Shown: one piece after another, positions 41,483 to 49,834 of the stretch
Numbering within the stretch: position 1 is the first letter of the stretch
Layout of the letters: every line of letters begins with the position of its first letter
Assembly (NCBI GenBank): GCA_035281245.1
Contig: DATEEH010000119.1
Coordinates: 20,385 to 84,384 of the forward strand
Source of the DNA: Nitrospira sp.
GTDB taxonomy: Bacteria > Nitrospirota > Nitrospiria > Nitrospirales > Nitrospiraceae
Direction: 5' to 3'
DNA length: 64,000 nucleotides
Made by a program: the position numbers and the translations under genes
The notes under the pieces: generated by a model
Databases searched by the model: none
The model's input: only the letters and a program-made list of their open reading frames with translations
Told to the model about the DNA's origin: nothing

Positions 41483-41503
41483 AATAATTGTTCTCAATAT
41501 CAA
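41483..41503 (+). promoter_or_regulatory. Fur-box-like operator candidate
   Basis: AATAATTGTTCTCAATATC (41483-41501) matches 13/19 positions of GATAATGATAATCATTATC. Sits 14 nt downstream of the -10. Contains the 12-mer TCTCAATATCAA shared with the fbpA and bfr upstream regions. Confidence 0.4.
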
Positions 41504-41506
41504 GGA

Positions 41507-41713
41507 ATGTATACACCGATGATTGGATCGACATCGCAGGAGAGCGCGTATGTCTCGGAAACCCGTTGTGAATGCGGCCAGCTGATCGCGAAAGTCCGAG
41601 GCCAGGGCTTGGAACTCAAGTGTAAGCGATGCAAACGCATCGTCATCATCCCCTTCAACGCCATCGAAGGATGGACGGCCGAATCTTCCGCAAAGATTCA
41701 CGAGAAAGTCTGA
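41507..41713 (+). CDS. Com-family (phage Mu Com-like) zinc-ribbon protein
   Basis: 'RCECGQLIAKVRGQGLELKCKRCKRIVII' fits the Com pattern C-x-C...(I/L)E(I/L)KC-x-RC-K. High GC3 coding look. Alternative start ATG 41519. Confidence 0.6.
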   Translation: MYTPMIGSTSQESAYVSETRCECGQLIAKVRGQGLELKCKRCKRIVIIPFNAIEGWTAESSAKIHEKV

Positions 41714-41783
41714 ATCAACATGACCAGAGGCCATCGAGTCCAGAGTCAAACCCATTACCATGGTTCCATGGAGGAGGTTTGCT

Positions 41784-43283
41784 ATGAGGACTCGCTGGGT
41801 CTTGTGCGCTCTCATAATTTGCAGTCTACAGGCAATGCCGGCGCTAGCCGTGGATATGACTCCTGAGGAAATCCAGAGAATGGTCGACGAAGCCGTCAAC
41901 AAGAGGCTCAAGGAACACGAGCAGCGTGAGAGCGCTGGAGAACGTGCGATGGAGCAAAAACCCGGTCAGCCCTCAACACAGTATCCCACGGCTACAGGTC
42001 CCATCACTGACATTAAGGTCGAGCGAAAGGGGGAGGAAAGAGTTCCACTGGGCTTCGGATCAACCGGTTCAGGAAAGTTGGTCTATGCCAAACCGTTCTT
42101 GTCTGTTCCCAAGGCGACCATCGGTGGATATGCCGACTTTAAATACGTTGCGGCCACGGGGCCCACACTGGATAACCCAAGCAGAAATTCCTTCACGCAG
42201 GAACGGATGGTGCCGTTCATTTACGCCGACATCACGGATCGTGTGAAGTTCGCAACCGAAATTGAAATTGAGCGCGGAGGGCCCAACTCGCCGGGTCAGA
42301 GCGGAACAAATACGGGATCGATGCAACTGGAATTCGCTCAACTCGATTATCTGGTCACCGAAGCCATTAACATTCGAGGCGGCATCTTATTGATGCCGGT
42401 CGGCAAGTTCAATCTCTTGCATGACTCCCCGCTCAACGATCTGCCTGACCGGCCAATGGTCGACCGGCTGGTCATTCCAAGCACCTGGTTTGAATCGGGG
42501 GCTGGTGTGTATGGAACGCTCTATCCCTCGAGTCTTTCCAAATTGGACTACGAACTGTATTTCGTAAATGGCATGGGATGTAACGCCCAAGGCGCAACGA
42601 TCACGGACCTGACAGGAACAAGGCCATGCCGTGGCAGCGTCTCCCGCGACCTCAATGACAACAAAGGAGTGGTGGGACGTGTCGCCTTCAGTCCATTCCT
42701 CGGCGTTGAAATTGCCGGCTCCTCATTTTACGGACAGTACAGCAACAGAAACGCGGCCGGCGTGAATAATCAAGATAATAATGTCGGCATCTATGCTCTC
42801 GACTGGACGCTTCAACGCGGCCCCTTTGAAGTGATCGGAGAGGCTGCTTGGTCACGCGTCACGGGTAACCAGGGGGCTACCTTTGCCACACAAGGGCCGG
42901 ACGGGATGTTCGGGTACTACATTCAAGGCAATTACCACTTCATGCCCGAATGGATCAGGAAGTTGGCGCCGACCCACTTCGGTGAATCTTCGACGTTCAC
43001 TGCCACAATACGCTGGGAAACAGTCGACACTGATACCGGGAACAAGACCAGATTGCCCAGCGGCCAGGTTAGCCATCAGCGTGATCTGGAACGGTTAACC
43101 TTGGGACTGAACTTCAGGCCGATCGAAGATACCGTCTTTAAGTTCAGTTACTTCTTCAACACGCAGAAAAACACGACGGCCTCGACGTTTGTGAATGCGC
43201 CGGGCAACGGGGCCCCTCTCAACACGTCAGGTCTGCGCGTTGACGGGAACGGATTCCTGTTCATGGCCGCCACCTATTTCTAG
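41784..43283 (+). CDS. Porin-like outer-membrane beta-barrel protein with N-terminal coiled coil (paralog 1)
   Basis: GGAGG RBS. Signal peptide 'MRTRWVLCALIICSLQAMPALA'. Charged helical segment followed by alternating beta-strand pattern. C-terminal 'AATYF' (terminal Phe). Confidence 0.75.
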   Translation: MRTRWVLCALIICSLQAMPALAVDMTPEEIQRMVDEAVNKRLKEHEQRESAGERAMEQKPGQPSTQYPTATGPITDIKVERKGEERVPLGFGSTGSGKLVYAKPFLSVPKATIGGYADFKYVAATGPTLDNPSRNSFTQERMVPFIYADITDRVKFATEIEIERGGPNSPGQSGTNTGSMQLEFAQLDYLVTEAINIRGGILLMPVGKFNLLHDSPLNDLPDRPMVDRLVIPSTWFESGAGVYGTLYPSSLSKLDYELYFVNGMGCNAQGATITDLTGTRPCRGSVSRDLNDNKGVVGRVAFSPFLGVEIAGSSFYGQYSNRNAAGVNNQDNNVGIYALDWTLQRGPFEVIGEAAWSRVTGNQGATFATQGPDGMFGYYIQGNYHFMPEWIRKLAPTHFGESSTFTATIRWETVDTDTGNKTRLPSGQVSHQRDLERLTLGLNFRPIEDTVFKFSYFFNTQKNTTASTFVNAPGNGAPLNTSGLRVDGNGFLFMAATYF

Positions 43284-43332
43284 GGAGTGATTTGTACTGT
43301 CCGCACGCGTGAACAGCACAATTTGAACGATC

Positions 43333-43803
43333 ATGAATGGCTTGCAGAGATCCAGATTTGGCTTTCTGGTCTTCGGACTGTCTGTGCTGTTGACAGGCTG
43401 CTCCTCGCTCGCCGGCGTGCAGGAGCGTTATACGGTCTGCTCCTATGATCACGTCTGGGATGCTGCCATCGATAGTGTGAAGGACCGGTCCATCAAAGTG
43501 CAGGAGAAAGAGAAAGGGGTCATTGAAACGAGTTGGCTGGAGATTCCGATGCCGGGGCGGACCTTCGGCGCATTCCAGCGTGAGATGGCTGAAAGCAAGG
43601 ACCGCTCACGGATCATCATGAGGGTCAAACAGATGAGCGACGTGACGAACGTCAACTTTCATGAGGAACGGCAGCGATGGGCCTTTCGTGGAGGCTCACG
43701 GCTGTTTGGCTGGGCGGATGCCGAGCCGTCTCAAGAAGTCATCGCCGATATCAATCATCGCTTGGACGCGAAGCTGAAGGAACGCGGATGCACATTGGCC
43801 TAA
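43333..43803 (+). CDS. Lipoprotein (156 aa), function unknown
   Basis: Lipobox 'LLTGC'. No recognised motif. Overlaps the next gene by 16 nt. Confidence 0.6.
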   Translation: MNGLQRSRFGFLVFGLSVLLTGCSSLAGVQERYTVCSYDHVWDAAIDSVKDRSIKVQEKEKGVIETSWLEIPMPGRTFGAFQREMAESKDRSRIIMRVKQMSDVTNVNFHEERQRWAFRGGSRLFGWADAEPSQEVIADINHRLDAKLKERGCTLA

Positions 43804-44471
43804 AAACGTTGATGTTAGCCGCCCTCTTCGGTGTCTGCCTCCCGAGCCCGGTGCGGGCGGTCGAACGCATTTGGGACAACGAACTGCGCCGCTATCTGAC
43901 GGAATCCGAGCTCGAGCACGCCGAAGTTTTCATGAGTGAGGAGGAAGCAGTCAAGCTTATGCTGCCGAAATCGCAGCGGATCAGGCGGGAGCTGATTCGC
44001 CTGACTCAAGAAAAAAAAGTACTGATCGAAGAGCGGATTGGGTGGAAGTTTCCCGAGGAGTCGTTCGAGGTATATATCGGGGAATCAGGCGATAAAGTGG
44101 ACGGCTACGCCTTGCTCCACAATACCGTCGGGAAACATCGCCACATGACCTACATGGTCGGTGTGGACAGTGAAGGACGTTGCAGCAACGTGGAACTGTT
44201 AGTGTTCCGCGAGGCAAAAGGAAGCGAGGTGGGCAAGAAACGGTTCAACTCCCAGTACGAGGGCAAAACGGTCTCGGACCCGATCCGGATCAATAAGGAC
44301 ATCATCAATATTTCCGGAGCCACCATGTCCGTGCGATCGATCAGCGCCGGTGTGAAACGCGTCCTTGTGCTCGTGGATGAGTTTTATCTGAAGCCCCGCG
44401 GACTTGGCAGTGACACCGTGGCAGCCCGCAGAGCCGAGAAAGGTTTCTTCGGCTCGATCTTTGGAAATTAA
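43788..44471 (+). CDS. Secreted FMN-binding-domain protein (predicted ApbE substrate)
   Basis: Sec signal 'MHIGLKTLMLAALFGVCLPSPVRA'. FMN_bind-type C-terminus 'FNSQYEGKTV...INISGATMSVRSISAGVKRVL' with the SGAT flavinylation motif (Thr codon 44322-44324). AAGGA RBS. Confidence 0.8.
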   Translation: MHIGLKTLMLAALFGVCLPSPVRAVERIWDNELRRYLTESELEHAEVFMSEEEAVKLMLPKSQRIRRELIRLTQEKKVLIEERIGWKFPEESFEVYIGESGDKVDGYALLHNTVGKHRHMTYMVGVDSEGRCSNVELLVFREAKGSEVGKKRFNSQYEGKTVSDPIRINKDIINISGATMSVRSISAGVKRVLVLVDEFYLKPRGLGSDTVAARRAEKGFFGSIFGN

Positions 44472-44516
44472 TCCTTTCAGATGGACGCAGAGTAAGAGGA
44501 CCGAGCGTCCCCAGCC

Positions 44517-45047
44517 ATGCGCAACTTCAATCAACGGTTCAAACTCAGGGACTCGGATCGTCATATCAGGATGTTGTACACCCTGTTCCTCATGTTGATG
44601 CTGGCAGGCTTTTGTTTTTCCTTCTTCTGGGCACACAGCATGACGGGCCTTTCGCCGTCAGGCATCGCAGACCATTATCGAGGGTCCGATACGACGTTTG
44701 GCGAGCCCATGTCGTTTCGAGAGCTTGCTGAGGTTACCCACTTCCATTTGTTCACGATGCCCGTCGTCTTCATGATTCTTGTTCATGTCACGTATCTCAC
44801 GAACGCGAGGCATGGACTCAAGACTTTCGTGACGTGGGGAGGCTTCGGCGGTGTCATGCTCGACCTCGTGTCGCCTTGGCTTATCACCTATGTCTCGCCC
44901 ATCTTCGTGCTGAGCATGCTGACTGGCGACATACTGATGACGCTGAGCTTTCTCGTGATGATGGCGATCCCGCTGTATGAGATGTGGATCCTACAACAAC
45001 CATTAATGGCGGGGAAACGACCGGACGACTCGATGCATACGCGCTAA
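44517..45047 (+). CDS. His-rich 4-TM membrane protein, function unknown
   Basis: Four hydrophobic helices. His cluster 'FFWAHS', 'EVTHFHLFTMPVVFMILVHV'. Last gene before the terminator. Confidence 0.65.
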   Translation: MRNFNQRFKLRDSDRHIRMLYTLFLMLMLAGFCFSFFWAHSMTGLSPSGIADHYRGSDTTFGEPMSFRELAEVTHFHLFTMPVVFMILVHVTYLTNARHGLKTFVTWGGFGGVMLDLVSPWLITYVSPIFVLSMLTGDILMTLSFLVMMAIPLYEMWILQQPLMAGKRPDDSMHTR

Positions 45048-45089
45048 CGTTCGCACAATTTAGATCGGCCAGAGGTTATCAGCCCAGAG

Positions 45090-45126
45090 CCAGGAATCAC
45101 CCTCAACGGTGATTCCTGGCTTTTTT
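45090..45126 (+). terminator. Intrinsic terminator
   Basis: Perfect 12-bp stem CCAGGAATCACC / GGTGATTCCTGG, 6-nt loop, then C + T6. Confidence 0.8.
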
Positions 45127-45208
45127 ATGTGGGTTGGATCGAAGAAATAAGCAGGCCAGAGGCCCCAGAGCCCCGAGTCAGGCACCCTCAGCAAGATAGG
45201 AGGTTTTT

Positions 45209-46726
45209 ATGAGGACGCGGCCCTTACTCGTGGCGCTAAGTCTATTAGTGACATCGCCCCTTCTCGCGTTGGCAGAAGACCCTGCATTGGAGCAGCGGAT
45301 GAAGAAACTCGAGGAAGACGTCCGCCAGTATAAAGAGGAATTGAGAACGTACCAGGAACGCGAGCGCCGCGAAAGCCCCGCCGAACGAAGAATGGAGGAA
45401 AAAGAAGGTCCCGCCGGCAGTCAGTATCCCATGGCCACAGGTCCCATGACCGATGTCAGGGTCGAGAGAAAGGGAGAAGAAAAGGTTCCGCTGGGCTTCG
45501 GCTCGACCGGATCAGGCCGTCTGGTCTATGCCAAACCGTTCGTGGCTGCTCCGAAGGCCATCGTCGGCGGCTACATGGACATTCAATATCGGGCGCAGCA
45601 AAAAGCCAGCATTGAAAATGGCTACGGGGGGACGACAAACGGCTTCGACCAACAGCGCTTCGTCCCGTTCATTTACGCCGACATTACGGAGCACGTGAAA
45701 TTTGCCTCGGAAATCGAGATTGAGCATGGCATTCGCGAAGACGCCACTCAGGGCGCCGAAATCGGATTGGAGTTTGCGCATATTGACTATCTCGTCAACG
45801 AACCGTTCAACCTGCGGGCCGGCATTCTGCTGGTTCCGATCGGCAAATTCAATCTGCTCCACGACTCCCCGCTGAACGATCTCACTGACCGTCCCTTGGT
45901 CAGCCGGTTCATCATCCCATCGACGATGGCGGAGACCGGAGCCGGATTCTATGGAACGTTGTATCCGGGTCGTACCAGCAAACTGGACTACGAATTGTAT
46001 GTGACCACCGGCCCTTGCGGGTACGACAACGATGGCACACCGCGCGTGAATGAGAGCGATGGGACACGTGGATCTCGTCAGCGAAAATGTCCGGCGGATG
46101 ACGGACTCGATATCAACAACGGCAAGGCCGTCGCCGGTCGTGTCGCCTTCAGCCCGATGCTCGGCGTCGAAATTGCGGGATCGGGCTACTATGGCAATGC
46201 TGCACCACACGGCAATTACAACCCGCTCAGCATTGCGGCGCTCGACTGGACCCTTCAAAGAGGTCCGTTCGAACTCATCGGTGAAGCGGCTTGGTCCTAT
46301 GCCAGAGGTAACTCCCGAGCTATTCAAGCCCCCGGAAGCACGTTCGCACCAGGCTCGCTGTTAACAGGAATCGACGGCAACAGCGGCATAGGCATTCCTC
46401 CACAACGCATGAACGGTTTTTATATTCAGGGTAATTACCACTTCATGCCGGATTTCTTGGCGAAGTGGTCGCCCAAGCGATTTGGCGAAGGTTCCACCTT
46501 CACGGCTGTCATCCGTTACGACAGGGTCAATACGAACCTGGATAACAGCAACGGCACAGGCGGGTTCGGCAATCTGGAACAGATCTCCTTCGGCCTGAAT
46601 TATCGGCCGGTTGAGGACGCGGTATTCAAAATCAGTTATCAGTATCAACCGCAAGCCTTCGATCCAAACACGAGTACCAGAATTCATGACAGCGCATTCG
46701 TGATTTCAGCGGCAACTTATTTCTAA
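45209..46726 (+). CDS. Porin-like outer-membrane beta-barrel protein with N-terminal coiled coil (paralog 2)
   Basis: Same architecture as 41784-43283, with long identical blocks ('KVPLGFGSTGSG.LVYAKPF', 'VPFIYADIT', 'GKFNLLHDSPLNDL'). C-terminal 'AATYF'. Confidence 0.75.
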   Translation: MRTRPLLVALSLLVTSPLLALAEDPALEQRMKKLEEDVRQYKEELRTYQERERRESPAERRMEEKEGPAGSQYPMATGPMTDVRVERKGEEKVPLGFGSTGSGRLVYAKPFVAAPKAIVGGYMDIQYRAQQKASIENGYGGTTNGFDQQRFVPFIYADITEHVKFASEIEIEHGIREDATQGAEIGLEFAHIDYLVNEPFNLRAGILLVPIGKFNLLHDSPLNDLTDRPLVSRFIIPSTMAETGAGFYGTLYPGRTSKLDYELYVTTGPCGYDNDGTPRVNESDGTRGSRQRKCPADDGLDINNGKAVAGRVAFSPMLGVEIAGSGYYGNAAPHGNYNPLSIAALDWTLQRGPFELIGEAAWSYARGNSRAIQAPGSTFAPGSLLTGIDGNSGIGIPPQRMNGFYIQGNYHFMPDFLAKWSPKRFGEGSTFTAVIRYDRVNTNLDNSNGTGGFGNLEQISFGLNYRPVEDAVFKISYQYQPQAFDPNTSTRIHDSAFVISAATYF

Positions 46727-46805
46727 TCTCACGCCAGGGGAGCCTCCCTCTGCGAGGCCTTCCCCGAACTACAAGGAACGGAGATTTCTATCTCTAAAGG
46801 ACAAC

Positions 46806-47501
46806 ATGCCGGTCACGGTACACACGACTCATCCAGCAGCGCTGAAAATCTTTGCGATCCTGGAAAAGGTTAACACTCTTCAACCGATGAAGCACGACGT
46901 GGAAGAATTCATGGTCACGCAAGTGACACGCCTCCTCGACGAGGTGTTGCCTTGGCAACGCGGACATGGCTTTCGGACCGCACAAATCGCACGAAGGCTT
47001 GGCGCGGCTGCAGGATTTGCATCGGAGATCTTGCATCATTTGACGCTCGCCTCGCTGCTTCACGACGTTGGTCTCTTGGCCTTGCCCGAGCAGTTCACTG
47101 CTCATTCTGAATGTGTGGATCTCGAATCATATGCCTTCATTCAATGCCACCCGCGCGTCGGAGCACAATGGCTCGAGCCGTTTGCCTTCCTCAAACGGGC
47201 GTCGGTGATCATCGCGCATCACCACGAGCGATGGGATGGTTCAGGATATCCCTATGGAATCCGGGGAACCTTTATTCCCATAGAGGCGCGCGTCCTCGCG
47301 ATTGCGGATGCGTTTGATGCGATTACAGTGCCCGGCGTAGAGGACCCGAACCTGCGGGACGCTGTGGCACATCGGATCGTCCGAGCCGCCGCCGGCACGC
47401 AATTCGATCCGCACCTTGTCGAATTGTGCCGCGAAGCCTGCACCTGCCATTTCACAGGATCTGATGGCTGTAACACATCAGTTCTAGGCTTGGACGACTA
47501 A
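46806..47501 (+). CDS. HD-GYP domain protein (putative c-di-GMP phosphodiesterase)
   Basis: 'LLHDVGLL', 'HHERWDGSGYP', 'IADAFDAIT'. No receiver domain. Confidence 0.85.
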   Translation: MPVTVHTTHPAALKIFAILEKVNTLQPMKHDVEEFMVTQVTRLLDEVLPWQRGHGFRTAQIARRLGAAAGFASEILHHLTLASLLHDVGLLALPEQFTAHSECVDLESYAFIQCHPRVGAQWLEPFAFLKRASVIIAHHHERWDGSGYPYGIRGTFIPIEARVLAIADAFDAITVPGVEDPNLRDAVAHRIVRAAAGTQFDPHLVELCREACTCHFTGSDGCNTSVLGLDD

Positions 47502-47514
47502 CTGGGAGCCATTC

Positions 47515-49239
47515 ATGAGAGACTCGGGCTCTGGACCGATACTGCGTACTTCTCTGCTAGCGCTTTTGGCTCTCACACTCCTGACAGGTTGCTCAGGCGG
47601 TGGCTCTTCCGCACCTACGACGGCCAGTGTCACGGGAACTCCAGGAGCGGAGCAGGCCCTTGGCGAACGATTGTTTATGGAAACCCGCTTTGCCCAAGCG
47701 TTCAAGGCATTTATAGATGCCGGAGGAGACCTCAACGATCCGAACGCGGGCGATCCGGTCGTGGATTCGGTGGAAACCTTGGGAACTCCGATCACCGCCG
47801 AGGCGCCCTTCAAAGGGATGTCGATGAACTGCCGATCCTGTCACTTCGTCGACGACCTCTTGACGGCTCCGGGAGGCGGCATGCGGACCTACACCGACTA
47901 TGCACGACGAAGTCCGATTCCCGCCCGCGCTGACGGCAAGACTCACGCACCCCGCAATTCACCGCCGCTGGTCAATGCGACGCTCGACCGTCCCGGCGGC
48001 ATCCTGCTGCATTTTGACGCGGAATTTAACTCGACCGAAGAGCTCGTCGCCGGAACCTTTACCGGCAGGAATTTTGGCTGGCTTCCTGGTGAGCGAGCGC
48101 AAGCCATTGCTCATATCGCGAGGGTCGTCCGGGAAGACGACGGATCATTCGATCCCTCCGATCAGTTCGATGGCCTCTCGTACCGCACACTTTTTACCGG
48201 TAACCATCCGGGCATCCCAGATGAATTTCGGTTGCCGCCAGAGTTCCGCACATTAGCGGGATCGGCCTCGGATCAAGAGATTTTCGATGCAGTTGTCAGG
48301 GTGGTGGCCGCTTACGTACACGGCCTGCTCTTCTCTCAGACCGAGGACAGTGGCGCGCCGATTCGTTCTCCATTTGACGTGTTCCTCCAGAGAAACGGAC
48401 TGCCTCAACAACCGGATCTCAACGAGGCGCCTATCGACTATAGCCGGCGCCTGCGGATGCTCGTCAATAATTTGACGAGCCCACAGTTTGTGACGTCAAA
48501 TCCCAACCGATCAGATGGTCAATTTCAATTTCACTCGCAACCATTTCAATTCGGTCCGACCGAACTGGCCGGACTGAAAATGTTTCTGGCGGAACCGGCA
48601 AATCCAATTGCGTCACCGACTGAACTGAACGACGGGAAAATCGGCAATTGCATCGCCTGCCATTTGGCGCCCAACTTTACCGATTTCAAGCTGCATAATA
48701 CCGGGACAACCCAGAAGGAATACGATAGTTTTCCCAATCATGGCCCTGGAGCGTTCTTGGCTCTGTCCATTCCCACGCTGGCAACGAGAACCGCCAATGA
48801 TCTCCCGGCGACGGAGGCGCATCCAACGGCAAGTGAACGCTTCCGTTCCATTCCGTCGAACAATACCTCACTGACGGACTTGGGAGTCTGGAACATCTTT
48901 GCTAACCCCGACATGCCGGCCGCTCAAGCGAAAATTCGCACCATTCTGTGCGACGATCAACAGCCCTGCCCGTTAACTGACAGTGTACTGCTCGATCGTG
49001 CCATCGCCCGATTCAAAACTCCGGGACTGCGTGATCTCAGTCATTCCGCACCCTATATGCACAACGGGCAGTTCGCAACCCTCGACGAGATCATTACCTT
49101 CTATCGAGATATGTCGTCGCTTGCACGCGCGGGCGCGCTGAGAAACGGAGCTCCAGATTTGCAAGGCATTGCGCTCACGGCATCAGACAACGCCTCGTTG
49201 GTCGCATTTCTTAGATCGTTGAACGAGGACTATCAATAA
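47515..49239 (+). CDS. Di-haem cytochrome c peroxidase/MauG-family lipoprotein (574 aa, extended)
   Basis: Lipobox 'LLTGC'. Two haem c sites 'CRSCH' and 'CIACH'. 'APYMHNGQFATLDEI' family segment. Confidence 0.85.
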   Translation: MRDSGSGPILRTSLLALLALTLLTGCSGGGSSAPTTASVTGTPGAEQALGERLFMETRFAQAFKAFIDAGGDLNDPNAGDPVVDSVETLGTPITAEAPFKGMSMNCRSCHFVDDLLTAPGGGMRTYTDYARRSPIPARADGKTHAPRNSPPLVNATLDRPGGILLHFDAEFNSTEELVAGTFTGRNFGWLPGERAQAIAHIARVVREDDGSFDPSDQFDGLSYRTLFTGNHPGIPDEFRLPPEFRTLAGSASDQEIFDAVVRVVAAYVHGLLFSQTEDSGAPIRSPFDVFLQRNGLPQQPDLNEAPIDYSRRLRMLVNNLTSPQFVTSNPNRSDGQFQFHSQPFQFGPTELAGLKMFLAEPANPIASPTELNDGKIGNCIACHLAPNFTDFKLHNTGTTQKEYDSFPNHGPGAFLALSIPTLATRTANDLPATEAHPTASERFRSIPSNNTSLTDLGVWNIFANPDMPAAQAKIRTILCDDQQPCPLTDSVLLDRAIARFKTPGLRDLSHSAPYMHNGQFATLDEIITFYRDMSSLARAGALRNGAPDLQGIALTASDNASLVAFLRSLNEDYQ

Positions 49240-49260
49240 GGAAGGGTTGCGCTCAGCACG

Positions 49261-49327
49261 CGAGCGGGAGGGGACTTGCCCCCGCTCCAGGGGCGTGGGC
49301 CCTCGTTTCCTCCTGAGGGCCCCGCCC
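49261..49327. terminator. Two GC-rich hairpins between convergent genes (probable bidirectional terminator region)
   Basis: GAGCGGG...CCCGCTC (49261-49286) and a 14-bp stem GGGGCGTGGGCCCTC / GAGGGCCCCGCCCC (49289-49327). No clean U-tract. Confidence 0.45.
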
Positions 49328-49333
49328 CCGTTC

Positions 49334-49810
49334 TTACGATTCTTTCTTGATCTGCTCAGCGAGATAGTTCTCGAGGCCGACCTGCTCAATAGTACGGAGC
49401 TGCGTTTCAAACCAGTCCACGTGCTCTTCTGAGTCCTTGACCATATCCTCGAGTTTATGCCTGGTGGTAAAGTCCATCACCTTGGCGCAGTGCGCAATGG
49501 CTTTGCGGAGAGCCTCGACGTCCTGCAGCTCGAAACGGAGATCCGCCTCGAATAGGGCTTCTAGGGATGCTCCTCTGCTCACCTCATCGACCTGATCGAC
49601 GTCGGGATCTCCCTCAAGATAGAGAATATGATCGATCAGCTGCGCACTGTGCTCCACTTCTTCCGACGCCAACTCCCGAAACTCGTGCTGCAGCCGGTCA
49701 TAACCCCAATTACCGCTCATCGCGGCATGCAACAGGTATTGATGGACTGCCGTCAGCTCGGCCCGTAGAATCCCGTTGAGATGGTCGAGGACGCCTTCCT
49801 TCGCCTTCAT
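49334..49810 (-). CDS. bfr: Bacterioferritin subunit, ferroxidase-type (lacks the haem-ligand Met52)
   Basis: 158 aa, gapless alignment to E. coli Bfr as I recall it. E18, E51, H54, E94 and H130 are present. Position 52 is Val and position 127 is Ser (Glu at 128/129). Confidence 0.9.
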   Translation of the reverse strand: MKAKEGVLDHLNGILRAELTAVHQYLLHAAMSGNWGYDRLQHEFRELASEEVEHSAQLIDHILYLEGDPDVDQVDEVSRGASLEALFEADLRFELQDVEALRKAIAHCAKVMDFTTRHKLEDMVKDSEEHVDWFETQLRTIEQVGLENYLAEQIKKES

Positions 49811-49834
49811 GGGATCCTCCGTTTCAGCGTGAGA

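Noticed and set aside
41438-41911. 157-aa minus-strand ORF spanning the divergent promoter region
   Set aside because: It runs antisense through the promoter, the Com-like ORF and the porin start, and has no motif or RBS.
41784-46726. Interpreting the two OMPs as TonB-dependent receptors that would partner with exbBD
   Set aside because: They are about 500 aa, with no N-terminal plug domain or TonB-box. A coiled-coil helix follows the signal peptide instead. 'Porin-like' is the most I can support.
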